From: Candidatus Omnitrophota bacterium
GTDB lineage: Bacteria > Omnitrophota > Gorgyraeia > Pluralincolimonadales > Pluralincolimonadaceae
Assembly: GCA_041651455.1 (NCBI GenBank)
Contig: JBAZJG010000001.1
Location: 146,535-210,534 of the forward strand
Direction of reading: 5' to 3'
Length of the DNA stretch: 64,000 nt
This document shows, piece by piece, positions 19,341-29,133 of the stretch; the stretch's first letter is position 1, and each line of letters opens with the position of its first letter. Position numbers and translations under genes: made by a program. The notes beneath the pieces are model-generated. The model searched no databases. It was not told the origin of the DNA and saw only the letters and a list, made by a program, of their open reading frames with translations.

Positions 19341-20403
19341 AAATATGATGCCGGAAGTGGATGTCATGATCCTGAGCTATCTCCATTACGGAAGGCTTCA
19401 GAAATGCGCCGATTCCGTATTGGCGTCCACCTACCCGAACCTGAAACTGGTCATTGCCGATAACGGATCGGGGCCGAATGTCATCGCTGCCGTAAAGGAG
19501 AGGTATTCAGGGAATCCGAAAGTGGCCATAATAGAGAACAGGGAAAACCTCGGTTACGCCGAAGGCAATAACGTCGCGTTAAGGGCGACCGAAGGCAAAT
19601 ACTGCGTGATCCTCAACAACGACGCGATAGTCGACCGTAACTGGCTCGAGCCGATGGTCGAATATCTCGACAGGAACGCGAAAGCCGGCGCATGCCAGCC
19701 GAAGATACTCGATATAAAGGACCCGCGCAGGTTCGAGCATTCCGGCGCCGCCGGAGGGTACCTGGACAGGTACGGCTATCCGTTCATGAGGGGGAGGCTG
19801 TTCGATACGCTCGAGAACGACGAGGGCCAGTATGACGACCACGCGTCGCTCGACTGGTGCTCCGGGACCGCGTTCATGGCCAGGCGCGAAGTGCTCGGCA
19901 AAGTAGGCCTTTTCGACCCGATATTTTTCATGTATGGCGAAGAGAACGACCTCTGCTGGAGGATAAAGCGCTGCGGATATGACATCGCATTCGTGCCGAG
20001 GTCCAAGGTCTATCACGAGGGCATGGGCTCTATAGGGAAACGCCCGCTTTTCAAGCTGCACCTTAACTACAGGAACAATATAATTCTGCTCATGAAAAAT
20101 CTCAGCATAGCCCAGCTGGCCGTAAGGCTTCCGGTAAGGATGGCGCTGGATGCCGTGAATATCCTGTATTTTATATTCAGTAAACCAATGAGTTTCAGGT
20201 TTGTCAGCATCATCTGGGCTTATTGTGAGCTTGCGATCATGCTGCCTCGCGTAATCAGCGCCAGAATACGCACGCAGCGCCTGTTCCGCGAGCTGGGCAG
20301 CGAAAGCGCCCCTCAATACCCGATGTACCGGATAAGCGTCGTATTCCAGTATTTCCTGATGGGCAGGAAAAAGTTCAGCCAGCTGAAATTAAGGAGAACG
20401 TAA
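19333..20403 (+). CDS. Glycosyltransferase family 2
   Basis: VMILSY...LKLVIADNGSG...ILNNDAIV. DxD region around DRYGYP. TTG at 19333. Alternative ATG at 19345. Confidence 0.7.
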   Translation: MAENMMPEVDVMILSYLHYGRLQKCADSVLASTYPNLKLVIADNGSGPNVIAAVKERYSGNPKVAIIENRENLGYAEGNNVALRATEGKYCVILNNDAIVDRNWLEPMVEYLDRNAKAGACQPKILDIKDPRRFEHSGAAGGYLDRYGYPFMRGRLFDTLENDEGQYDDHASLDWCSGTAFMARREVLGKVGLFDPIFFMYGEENDLCWRIKRCGYDIAFVPRSKVYHEGMGSIGKRPLFKLHLNYRNNIILLMKNLSIAQLAVRLPVRMALDAVNILYFIFSKPMSFRFVSIIWAYCELAIMLPRVISARIRTQRLFRELGSESAPQYPMYRISVVFQYFLMGRKKFSQLKLRRT

Positions 20404-20404
20404 T

Positions 20405-21343
20405 ATGAATACGGGCCTTTCTATCGTTGTCCCGACGTATAACGAGGAAGATTCCATCGTTAAGCTGCATTCAAGGATAAAGGAAGCCCTCCGAGGCAAG
20501 GTAAAATACGAGATCATATTTGTCGATGACGGTAGTACCGACGGGACATACGGGATCCTGGACAAGCTGAACCGCGAAGACCCGGACGTAAAGGCCGTAA
20601 AGCTCTCGAGGAATTTCGGGCATGAGATAGCGACGTCCGCAGGGCTCAGGTATGCATCGGGAGAGGCCGTAGTCGTGATGGACTCCGACCTGCAGCATCC
20701 TCCCGAGACGATAAATGAACTGCTGGAGAAAATGAAGGAAGGTTATGATATCGTCTTCGCGGTGAGGCGCAACAGGGAAGCCGGGTCCGCGCTTAAAAAA
20801 TTCTGCTCGAAGGCCTTCTACGGCGTATTGGGCAGGCTGTCGGAGGTCAAACTGCCGGATGACGTGACGGATTTCATGATACTTAACAGGAAGGCGGTCG
20901 ACGCGTTCCTTAAGCTCAGGGAAAAGAGCCGATTCTTCAGGGCTATGATCTCATGGATGGGCTTCAGGACGGCATTCGTGCCGTTCGAGGAAGGAAAGAG
21001 GAGCAGCGGCAGCTCGAAATACGGCCTGCGTAAGCTCGCGGGCCTCTCGGTTGACGTAGTGACGGGATATTCGATAAAACCGCTGGCGTTCGTTTCGTGG
21101 GCAGGGGCCATAATTTCGGCGGCAAGCTTCGCGCTGCTGCTTTTCTACTTGGTTAAGACGATATTCTACGGCGCGTCCATGCCGGGTTATGCGTCGATGA
21201 TGATAACTATATTGTTCATAGGCGGCATTCAACTGCTGTCTATCGGGATAATAGGACAGTATATCGGCAGGATATACAAGGAGACGCAGAAGAGGCCGTT
21301 ATACCTCGTCGGCAGCCTTATAGGACTGGAAGAAAAGGAATGA
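20405..21343 (+). CDS. GT2 polyprenyl-phosphate hexose synthase (GtrB/ArnC-like, with C-terminal TM helices)
   Basis: LSIVVPTYNEEDSI...[12 protein letters not shown]...KLSRNFGHEIATSAGL...VMDSDLQHPPE. Two C-terminal hydrophobic helices. Confidence 0.7.
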   Translation: MNTGLSIVVPTYNEEDSIVKLHSRIKEALRGKVKYEIIFVDDGSTDGTYGILDKLNREDPDVKAVKLSRNFGHEIATSAGLRYASGEAVVVMDSDLQHPPETINELLEKMKEGYDIVFAVRRNREAGSALKKFCSKAFYGVLGRLSEVKLPDDVTDFMILNRKAVDAFLKLREKSRFFRAMISWMGFRTAFVPFEEGKRSSGSSKYGLRKLAGLSVDVVTGYSIKPLAFVSWAGAIISAASFALLLFYLVKTIFYGASMPGYASMMITILFIGGIQLLSIGIIGQYIGRIYKETQKRPLYLVGSLIGLEEKE

Positions 21344-23055
21344 CGCGTAAGAAGGCCGCCCTGCTATTGGCCGTCGTGATGATGGCGGCATTCCACATCT
21401 CCGCGAGCATTGCGCAGATGTCCAACAAGTTCGACGACGAACCAGCCGCAGGGCCGTTCGGCGGGATACGCCTGCATTACCTGAATGTCCTTAACTTCGA
21501 TTTCTCGCACGGGGTGTCGGCGCAGGATGGCACGTCGCATATACTGGACAATTTCATCAAGTCGGCGGTCAGCGGAACGCACGGGCTCCTTGATTTTGCG
21601 CACTGGTACGCATACGCGGGCATATACGACATGCTCGGGATACCGGTGAACGAGTTCTGGCTTTTGTTCGCGCAGACCGTGGTGATGTTCTGCGGCCTCA
21701 TGTTGATGGCATACGCGGTATACAGGCTCTACGATGATGCAGTAGCGGCGCTGGTATTCCTGGCGATAACGTCCCAGGCGTATGTGCAGCACTCCATCAG
21801 TTTCTATATAATACCGGTGAATACGTTATATGAAGGCCTCTTGCTTCTCTCGATATATTTTTACGACTGGAAGGAGAAGGGGTTTGCGCGGAAAATCCCG
21901 CTGCTCGTGATGTTATTCATAAACTCGGCCTGCGGCAATGTGATAAAAATGCCGGTATACCTGTATTTCGCATGGGCCGCGGCGTATAAACGGGACAATT
22001 ACGGGCCGCTTGGCTCGGCCAGGGAATACTTCGTAAAGAATCCCGCGAACCTGACGCTTGCGGTCCCGGTCATTGCCGCGGCCGTCGCGCACCTCTATGT
22101 ATACAAGAGGATAGGAGAGAGCAACCTGGGGCTTTTGGGCTGGGTCTCGCAGAAGATAGGCATAGGAGCTCCGCTCGTATCGAAATTCGCAGCGATAGGA
22201 AGTTCGCTGAAGAGCATGTTGCTGTCAGGCATGTGGCAGTGGTGGGCGTTTGCAGCCCTTGCGGCATTTTACGCGATAGCCGTAATGCGGGGGAAGAAAC
22301 AAACACCGCTGCTGTTATTTCCCGTCGTATATTACCTGTATCTCATAAATCTTGAGCCGTATTCGGCGATGCTTCCCTACATGATTATTGCGTCTATAGC
22401 GATAGCGCAGGCCTTCAGGATGGCATCCGATAAAACACGGAATGCGGCCGCGAGGTATGCTTCGACAGCGGCAGTCGCGGTCTTTACGGCATACATACTT
22501 TCGGTTTCGGCATCTGCGAACGTGGCTTCCCTCGTTTCGCCGAGGCAACGGTCACCCAATTACCTGAAGAGCGTCGGTTATTACCTTAGGGAGCATATGA
22601 GCAAGGATGATAAGATCGCAAGCTTGCTCGACCAGAGGGAGAACATCCTGAACGAATATTATTACGGAAAGAACTTCTTCAAGAGCCCGGTATTCGGGAA
22701 ATATATCTATGACATGAGGAACATTTCGGAGCCGCCATCTTCAACGAACCCGGTGGCCGAAGGCGAGGCGGACATGGAATTCCCTTTTTATGTCGTATCT
22801 GCGTCGTGTTATAAAAAGGACGCGGGATATGCCTCATTTGTAGATAGGCTCGCAAAGAAATACTCTCTCAAGAAGGTCGCCGATATCGCCTCGGGCGGCA
22901 CCGTCTACGCGTCGGTGTATTCTTCGAGGCCTCTGCAATACGAGAGGTTAGAGGCCGAGAATGCCAATGGGAAATTTGATAGGAAATACGCAAATTTAAA
23001 GAAACTGTTCTACAACAGGCATGTCGGCGTAGCCTCGACCTGGGGGTTCTATTGA
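21340..23055 (+). CDS. Polytopic membrane protein, GT-C-like glycosyltransferase candidate (GtrC/ArnT-type partner of the upstream GtrB-like gene)
   Basis: KFDDEP first-loop acidic motif then ...AYAGIYDMLGIPVNEFWLLFAQTVVMFCGLMLMAYAVYRLY. More than 10 helices and a C-terminal soluble domain. ATGA overlap. Confidence 0.45.
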   Translation: MTRKKAALLLAVVMMAAFHISASIAQMSNKFDDEPAAGPFGGIRLHYLNVLNFDFSHGVSAQDGTSHILDNFIKSAVSGTHGLLDFAHWYAYAGIYDMLGIPVNEFWLLFAQTVVMFCGLMLMAYAVYRLYDDAVAALVFLAITSQAYVQHSISFYIIPVNTLYEGLLLLSIYFYDWKEKGFARKIPLLVMLFINSACGNVIKMPVYLYFAWAAAYKRDNYGPLGSAREYFVKNPANLTLAVPVIAAAVAHLYVYKRIGESNLGLLGWVSQKIGIGAPLVSKFAAIGSSLKSMLLSGMWQWWAFAALAAFYAIAVMRGKKQTPLLLFPVVYYLYLINLEPYSAMLPYMIIASIAIAQAFRMASDKTRNAAARYASTAAVAVFTAYILSVSASANVASLVSPRQRSPNYLKSVGYYLREHMSKDDKIASLLDQRENILNEYYYGKNFFKSPVFGKYIYDMRNISEPPSSTNPVAEGEADMEFPFYVVSASCYKKDAGYASFVDRLAKKYSLKKVADIASGGTVYASVYSSRPLQYERLEAENANGKFDRKYANLKKLFYNRHVGVASTWGFY

Positions 23056-23056
23056 T

Positions 23057-24001
23057 ATGGCTCTGATAAGCGTAGTCATACCCACATACAACAGGGCCGG
23101 TTACCTCAAGGAAGCGGTAGACAGCGTCCTCGCGCAGACGCATAAGGATATCGAGGTGATCGTCGTGGATGACAGTTCCACCGACAGGACAGCGGGTGTA
23201 GCCGCATCGTTCGGAGAAAGGATCAGGTATATACTCCAGGACAACCGTGAGCGAGGAGCGGCAAGGAACAGGGGAATAAAGGATTCAAAAGGTGAGTATG
23301 TCGCGTTCCTTGATTCCGACGACCTTTGGCTGCCGGAGCATCTTGAGTCGTGCCTGTGCGCGTGCGAGTCGTCTGGAGCGGAGGTCTCTTATTCGGGCTC
23401 ATACCTTATAGACGAGTCCGGCGGGACCATAGGAAAGCTTGAGGCGTCATCGTTCGGGAAAGACCCGCTGCGGGAGATGGTCGCAGGTTATTCGTCGCGC
23501 GGATGCAACGCCTCGTCCTGCCTCGTTAATAAGAGCGCGTTCGGGAAGGCGGGATATTTCAGCGAGAAGAGGGAACTCTCCGGATCTGAGGATTGGGAGA
23601 TGTGGGCAAGGCTTGCGTCATGCTGCCGGATGGCCTTTACGGGGGATTATACGGCGAAGGTCAGGTTCCATCCGGGGAAATCATCTATAGTCCCCGAGCG
23701 GATGGCCGGGTCTATGAAGCTTGCGCTGGATATGGCCTTCGGGAACGAAATGCTCGCGCCGAAGATCGAAGGCCTGAAAGGAAAAGCATATTCGCGTCTG
23801 TATACGGTGACCGCCATCAATTATTATGCCGCCGGAAGGATGAAGGACGCAAGGCGATACCTTGCGCTTGCATTGCGGAGCCGCCCGGCTGCGTTAGCCG
23901 AGGATCCTCTCGTGGCATATACATTCCTTAGGAGTATTCTCGGAGCGCGTGCGGCAACGGCGCTCAGGAATGCGAAATGGGGGACGGACAAACGGGCATG
24001 A
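23057..24001 (+). CDS. Glycosyltransferase family 2
   Basis: ISVVIPTYNRAGYL...VIVVDDSSTDRT...VAFLDSDDLW. Confidence 0.7.
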   Translation: MALISVVIPTYNRAGYLKEAVDSVLAQTHKDIEVIVVDDSSTDRTAGVAASFGERIRYILQDNRERGAARNRGIKDSKGEYVAFLDSDDLWLPEHLESCLCACESSGAEVSYSGSYLIDESGGTIGKLEASSFGKDPLREMVAGYSSRGCNASSCLVNKSAFGKAGYFSEKRELSGSEDWEMWARLASCCRMAFTGDYTAKVRFHPGKSSIVPERMAGSMKLALDMAFGNEMLAPKIEGLKGKAYSRLYTVTAINYYAAGRMKDARRYLALALRSRPAALAEDPLVAYTFLRSILGARAATALRNAKWGTDKRA

Positions 24002-25233
24002 AGGTCCTCTTTATAACATATAACGGCGCGACCGAACCTCTGATAAGGTCCCAGGGCATACCATACCTGAAGGGCTTATCGAAGAAAGGCGTCGGATGCG
24101 CGATAATGAGCTTCGAGAAATCGCGGCCCGACGCGGCATCAGGTCTGCTTGAGGATGAATTAAGGGAATCGGGCATAACATGGAAGAAGCTCAGGTACCA
24201 TAAAAGCCCCTCGCTTCCGGCCACGGTATTTGATATACTTACCGGTATTGCCGCAGGCGTAAAGCTGGCGATATCCCATAAGGCGGACATTATACATGCG
24301 CGGGCGACGGTCCCGGCCGTAATGGCATATGCCATAGCCTCTATCACGAGGAAGAAGTTCGTGTATGACGAGAGGGGCCTCATGGCGGAGGAATACGCCG
24401 ACGGCGGTATCTGGAAGAGGGACGGTTTCATATACAGGGCCGTACGGCGTATCGAGAAATACCTCCTGTTGAAAGCCGAAGCCGTCGTGGTCCTTACGGA
24501 GAACATAAGGAAATTCCTTGTCGACGGGGATTACCTCGGCGGCGGTGGCAAAGGGCTCAACATACACGTGATACCGTGCTGTGTTGACCTGGAGAAGTTC
24601 AAAAGCCCCGATACGGAAAGACAGGCACTAAGGGAGAGGATAGCCCCGGGTTTTGGCGGCAGGTTCATGTTCATTTATACCGGCTCCATAGGCACATGGT
24701 ACATGCCTTCTGAGATGCTTGATTTTATCGCGGCGGCCAAGGAAGAGATCCCGGGTGCTTGCATGATGTTCGTCACTCATATAGATAAGGAAGCGGTCAT
24801 CAGGGAGAGGGATAAAAAGGGCCTTACGTCCGGGGACGTTATAGTAACGGGCGCAGAGTATGACAGGATGCCGGAATACCTGTGCGCAGCCGATGCCGGC
24901 ATATTCTTCATCAGGCCCGTCCTGTCGAAGAGGTCTTCGTGCCCGATAAAGTTCGCGGAATACCTTTCGTGCGGGCTGCCTGTGGTAATAAACTCCGGCA
25001 TAGGCGATACCGTGCAGACGGTGGAGGAGAACTCCGCCGGTGCCGTGGTCAAGGGATTCAGCCGCATGGAATATAAGGAAGCTGCGCGAAGGATCGCCTC
25101 GATAGCGGCCGAGGGCCCGGAGGCATCAAAACGCTGCCGCAAAGCTGCCGAGAGCGGTTTTTCGCTCGGTTCGGGAGTAGAAAAATATATGGATGTTTAC
25201 GATAGCGTGTTTAAAACTAGGAAAGGGAATTAA
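23998..25233 (+). CDS. Glycosyltransferase family 4 (GT-B)
   Basis: MKVLFITYNGATEP. C-terminal GT4 nucleotide-binding region (FAEYLSCGLPVVINS...GDT). ATG 23998 overlaps the upstream stop (ATGA). The longer 23977 start is rejected. Confidence 0.65.
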   Translation: MKVLFITYNGATEPLIRSQGIPYLKGLSKKGVGCAIMSFEKSRPDAASGLLEDELRESGITWKKLRYHKSPSLPATVFDILTGIAAGVKLAISHKADIIHARATVPAVMAYAIASITRKKFVYDERGLMAEEYADGGIWKRDGFIYRAVRRIEKYLLLKAEAVVVLTENIRKFLVDGDYLGGGGKGLNIHVIPCCVDLEKFKSPDTERQALRERIAPGFGGRFMFIYTGSIGTWYMPSEMLDFIAAAKEEIPGACMMFVTHIDKEAVIRERDKKGLTSGDVIVTGAEYDRMPEYLCAADAGIFFIRPVLSKRSSCPIKFAEYLSCGLPVVINSGIGDTVQTVEENSAGAVVKGFSRMEYKEAARRIASIAAEGPEASKRCRKAAESGFSLGSGVEKYMDVYDSVFKTRKGN

Positions 25234-26111
25234 TGATGAAAAAGAAAGCCATGGTCACCGGAGCGAACGGGATGCTCGCGGACGCATTATGCCCGCTGCT
25301 CATAAAGAACGGTTACGAGCTCATACTTACCGATATCGCAGGCGAGGAAGGTATAACGAAATGCGATATCAGGGACATAAACGGCATGCTATCAGTCGTG
25401 AAGGAGGCGCGTCCCGAGATAATATTCCATCTCGCCGCGGAGACCGACGTCGACAAGTGCGAGCTCCAGCCGGAGCACGCTTACGCGACGAACTGGCAGG
25501 GGACGGAGAATATCGCGCAGATCTGCAAGGAACTGGATATTGCGATGGTGTACATAAGCACGGGCGCCGTATTTGACGGCGAGAAGGAAGGCGGGTATAA
25601 AGAGACGGACAAGCCCAACCCGATAAGCATATACGGCATGAGCAAGCTCAAAGGCGAGGAATCCGTACGGTCGCTTCTTAAAAGGTACTTTATCGTGCGC
25701 GCCGGATGGATGATCGGCGGGCATAACAAGGACAAGAAGTTCGTGTGGAAGATAGTCCAGCTCCTGAACACCAAGAAGGAGATATCGGTCGTCACGGATA
25801 AGACGGGAAGCCCGACATTCACTACGGATTTCTCGCAGGGCATAGTAGATATAGTCAAGAGCGGGAAATACGGGCTTTACCACTGCGTGAATAAAGGGAT
25901 ATGCACTCGGTATGACATAGCCGTGAAGATCGCCGAATTCCTCGGCAGGAAGGACGTCGTGATAAAGCCGGTCACATCGGACGCTTTCCCGCTTCCCGCG
26001 CCAAGAGGCAAGTCCGAGGCGATGCTGAACAATAACCTCTCGAAGCTCGGCCTGGACAAGACGAGGCCGTGGCAGGACGCGCTGAAGGAGTACCTGAAAG
26101 CCATAAAATGA
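25233..26111 (+). CDS. RmlD-like NAD(P)H-dependent sugar-nucleotide reductase (second copy)
   Basis: VTGANGMLADAL Rossmann motif. YISTGAVFDGEKEGGYKETDKPNPISIYGMSKLKGEE. SPTFTTDFSQGIVDIV. Confidence 0.6.
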   Translation: MMKKKAMVTGANGMLADALCPLLIKNGYELILTDIAGEEGITKCDIRDINGMLSVVKEARPEIIFHLAAETDVDKCELQPEHAYATNWQGTENIAQICKELDIAMVYISTGAVFDGEKEGGYKETDKPNPISIYGMSKLKGEESVRSLLKRYFIVRAGWMIGGHNKDKKFVWKIVQLLNTKKEISVVTDKTGSPTFTTDFSQGIVDIVKSGKYGLYHCVNKGICTRYDIAVKIAEFLGRKDVVIKPVTSDAFPLPAPRGKSEAMLNNNLSKLGLDKTRPWQDALKEYLKAIK

Positions 26112-27211
26112 GAGTCCTTTTCCTGGAACCGTATCCTACGGAAGGGCCCAGCAGCAGGTACAGGGTCGAGCAGTATATACCTTACCTGAGGCAGAACGGC
26201 ATCGACTGCGAAGTAAGGCCGTTCGTTAGTTCTCCGTTTTACAGGATACTGTACAAGAAGGGGATGTATCTCAGGAAGCTTGCGTATTTTGCAGCCGGCA
26301 CGTTCAGGAGGATGTCAGACCTGTTTACCGCGTTCTCGTCCGATGCGGTTTTTATACACCTTGAGGCGTTCCCATTCGGTCCGCCGGCCATCGAATGGCT
26401 TCTCGCCGCGGCAGGAAAGAAGATAATATACGACCTCGACGACGCGATATACCTCGGTGCGGCGAGCAGTACGAACAGCTTTCTGAAAGGGCTGAAATGC
26501 CCGTGGAAGATACCGAAGATAATAGCGATGAGCAGGCGCGTAATAACCTGCAACGAATATCTTGCTGAATACGCATCAAAGTATAATAAGAACGTGACGG
26601 TCATACATACATCGGTCGACACCGAGAAATTTAGGCCAACAGGCCGTCCCGCAGGCCAGTCCGGAGGACGGCCTGAGGGCCAGATAACAATAGGATGGAT
26701 AGGCAGCCACAGCACCGCGAAGTATCTCGAATCGCTGAAGGGTGTTTTTGAAGAGCTCGTGAAAAGGGGTTTTAAGTTCAGGCTGAAGATCATAGGCGCA
26801 TCAGGCAGGATCATGGAGGTGCCGGGAGCCGAGGTCATATACAAGGATTGGAGCCTGAAGGATGAGATAGCCGAATTCCAGTCGATAGATATAGGCGTCT
26901 ATCCTCTTACGGATGACGAATGGACCGCAGGCAAGACGGGGTTCAAGACGATACAGTATATGAGCGTCGGCATACCGTGCGTCGCTTCGAACGCGAGCCC
27001 TAACAGGGTGATAATAGAGGAAGGCAGGAACGGTTTTCTCGCGAAGGACGCGGGAGAATGGGTCGAGAAATTATCAATACTTATCGGGGATTCCGGATTA
27101 AGGCGAAGGATAGGCGAAGCCGGCCGCAGGACCGTCCTGGAAAGGTATTCGCTCGAGGTCAACGCTCCTAAGATAATGGGGATAATCAAGACAACGGCGG
27201 GAGAGGAATAA
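26108..27211 (+). CDS. Glycosyltransferase family 4 (GT-B)
   Basis: ATGA overlap start. MRVLFLEPYP. C-terminal SVGIPCVASNASPNRVIIEEGRNGFLA (E-x7-E-like region). Confidence 0.65.
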   Translation: MRVLFLEPYPTEGPSSRYRVEQYIPYLRQNGIDCEVRPFVSSPFYRILYKKGMYLRKLAYFAAGTFRRMSDLFTAFSSDAVFIHLEAFPFGPPAIEWLLAAAGKKIIYDLDDAIYLGAASSTNSFLKGLKCPWKIPKIIAMSRRVITCNEYLAEYASKYNKNVTVIHTSVDTEKFRPTGRPAGQSGGRPEGQITIGWIGSHSTAKYLESLKGVFEELVKRGFKFRLKIIGASGRIMEVPGAEVIYKDWSLKDEIAEFQSIDIGVYPLTDDEWTAGKTGFKTIQYMSVGIPCVASNASPNRVIIEEGRNGFLAKDAGEWVEKLSILIGDSGLRRRIGEAGRRTVLERYSLEVNAPKIMGIIKTTAGEE

Positions 27212-27213
27212 CC

Positions 27214-29121
27214 ATGTGCGGGATCTGCGGTATCATAGACATCTCCGGAAGGCCTGTCAACGCAGATACTGTAAAAGCCATGTGCTCGGAGATGAAGCAC
27301 AGGGGCCCTGACGACGAAGGGATATACCTGAACGCGGCTTGCGAACGCAGCTCCGGCAGAGGCCCCTCTGCCGCGCTCGGACACAGGAGGCTGAGCATCA
27401 TTGACCTCTCGTCGTGCGCGAAGCAGCCGATGTCAAACGAGGACGGTTCGGTATGGCTTGTCCTGAACGGCGAGATATATAATTACAACGAACTGAGGCC
27501 CGGGCTTGAGAGCAAGGGCCATAAGTTCAGGTCGCATTCCGATACAGAAACGCTCGTGCACCTGTACGAGGAGTACGGCGGGAAATGCGTCGACAAGCTC
27601 AGGGGGATGTTCGCGTTCGCGATCTGGGATGATAATAAGAAGGAGCTTTTTGCGGCCAGGGACAGGGTCGGGAAGAAGCCGTTCGTATACCAGCATAAGG
27701 ACGGAAGGTTCGTGTTCGCGTCGGAGTTCGCGGCGCTCCTGAAGAGCGGCGAGATATCACGGAAAGTAAGCGATGACGCGATACACTATTACATGAGCCT
27801 CGGTTACGTCCCGGCCCCGGCGTCGGCGCTGGAAGGCGTAAACAAGCTGCCGCCGGCCCATTGCCTTACGCTTTCAAAATCCGGCCTGAAGGTGGAACGT
27901 TACTGGGAACTGGATTATTCCAGGAAGCTGAAGATAAGCGAGGAAGACGCCGCCGCCGAGGTCAAAAGGCTTTCGGAGGAAGCAGTAAAGATAAGGCTGT
28001 TCAGTGACGTACCGCTCGGAGCGTTCCTTAGCGGAGGGGTCGACTCAAGCTGCGTAGTGGCGATGATGAGCAAGCTCTCCCCGGGAAAGGTCAGGACCTT
28101 TACGATAGGCTTCGAGGAGAAGGACTACAGCGAACTCGAATACGCAAGGAAGATATCCGGCATTTTCGGCACCGAACACCGCGAGTTTATCGTGAAGCCG
28201 AACGCGCTCGATATAATAGGCATGCTCGCGGAAAGGTACGGCGAACCGTATGCCGACTCTTCGTGCATACCGACATACTACGTATCGAAGGAGACGCGCG
28301 CATTCGTGACGGTCGCCCTGAACGGAGACGGCGGCGACGAATCCTTCGCCGGATACGAACGTTACCAGGCGATGAGCGCGGCGGAAAAGATCCGCGGCCT
28401 CGGGATGGGCGCGGCGGCCAGGGCTGCCTCGTCTTTATTGCCGGACTCTACGAACCCTAAAGACCTGGCGCGCAGGGCCAGGAGGTTCCTGACTAACGCC
28501 GGCCTGCCCGCGGCCGAAAGGTATTTGAGGTGGGTAGGAATTGCAGGGGAGGTGAAACCGGAGAAACTGTATTCCGGGGACTACCTCGGCCGGATAGATA
28601 AGGCCGGCCCGTTGCGCCTTTTAAAACCGTATATAGACGGCAAGTCGTGCCCGGAGTTCCTCGACAGGCTGCTGAAGGCCGACGTAAATACGTCGCTGCC
28701 GAACGACCTGCTCGTAAAGGTCGATATCGCGGGCATGGCAGCGTCGCTCGAAGGGCGTTCGCCGTTCCTCGACCATAAACTTATGGAATTTGCGGCTTCG
28801 CTTCCCTCGTCCTATAAGATAAAAGGAAACACCAAGAAGTACATACTTAAGAAGGCCTTCTCAGGGGTGATACCCGACGATATATTATCGAGGAGGAAGA
28901 TGGGTTTCGGCGTGCCGGTAAGCGCGTGGTTCAGGGGGGAGCTTAAGGGCATGCTGACGGAGACGCTTCTTTCAAGGGCGTCGCTATCGAGGGGATATTT
29001 CAGGCAGGAGGCGGTAAAAGGGATGGTCGATAACCATACCTCCGGAAGGAAGGATTATTCGTTCCAGTTGTGGGCTATGTTGATGCTCGAGCTGTGGCAT
29101 AAGAGGTTCATCGACGGATGA
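27214..29121 (+). CDS. asnB: Asparagine synthetase B-type glutamine amidotransferase (WbpS-like, in the glycan cluster)
   Basis: MCGICGI N-terminal Ntn-Cys. SGGVDSS PP-loop. Full-length 635 aa. Confidence 0.8.
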   Translation: MCGICGIIDISGRPVNADTVKAMCSEMKHRGPDDEGIYLNAACERSSGRGPSAALGHRRLSIIDLSSCAKQPMSNEDGSVWLVLNGEIYNYNELRPGLESKGHKFRSHSDTETLVHLYEEYGGKCVDKLRGMFAFAIWDDNKKELFAARDRVGKKPFVYQHKDGRFVFASEFAALLKSGEISRKVSDDAIHYYMSLGYVPAPASALEGVNKLPPAHCLTLSKSGLKVERYWELDYSRKLKISEEDAAAEVKRLSEEAVKIRLFSDVPLGAFLSGGVDSSCVVAMMSKLSPGKVRTFTIGFEEKDYSELEYARKISGIFGTEHREFIVKPNALDIIGMLAERYGEPYADSSCIPTYYVSKETRAFVTVALNGDGGDESFAGYERYQAMSAAEKIRGLGMGAAARAASSLLPDSTNPKDLARRARRFLTNAGLPAAERYLRWVGIAGEVKPEKLYSGDYLGRIDKAGPLRLLKPYIDGKSCPEFLDRLLKADVNTSLPNDLLVKVDIAGMAASLEGRSPFLDHKLMEFAASLPSSYKIKGNTKKYILKKAFSGVIPDDILSRRKMGFGVPVSAWFRGELKGMLTETLLSRASLSRGYFRQEAVKGMVDNHTSGRKDYSFQLWAMLMLELWHKRFIDG

Positions 29122-29133
29122 GTGAGGGTAAAA

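Noticed and set aside
23977-23997. Longer N-termini given by the ORF track for the first GT4
   Set aside because: The track start at 23977 lies inside the upstream gene. The internal ATG at 23998 sits exactly on the upstream stop codon (ATGA) and begins the conserved N-terminus of the domain.
26069-26107. Longer N-termini given by the ORF track for the second GT4
   Set aside because: The track start at 26069 lies inside the upstream gene. The internal ATG at 26108 sits exactly on the upstream stop codon (ATGA) and begins the conserved N-terminus of the domain.
26641-26680. 9-bp inverted repeat (AGGCCGTCC ... GGACGGCCT) within a GT4 gene
   Set aside because: It lies in the inter-domain linker coding region (PTGRPAGQSGGRPEGQ). 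It is short, has no regulatory context, and is most likely coincidental in Gly/Pro-rich coding sequence.
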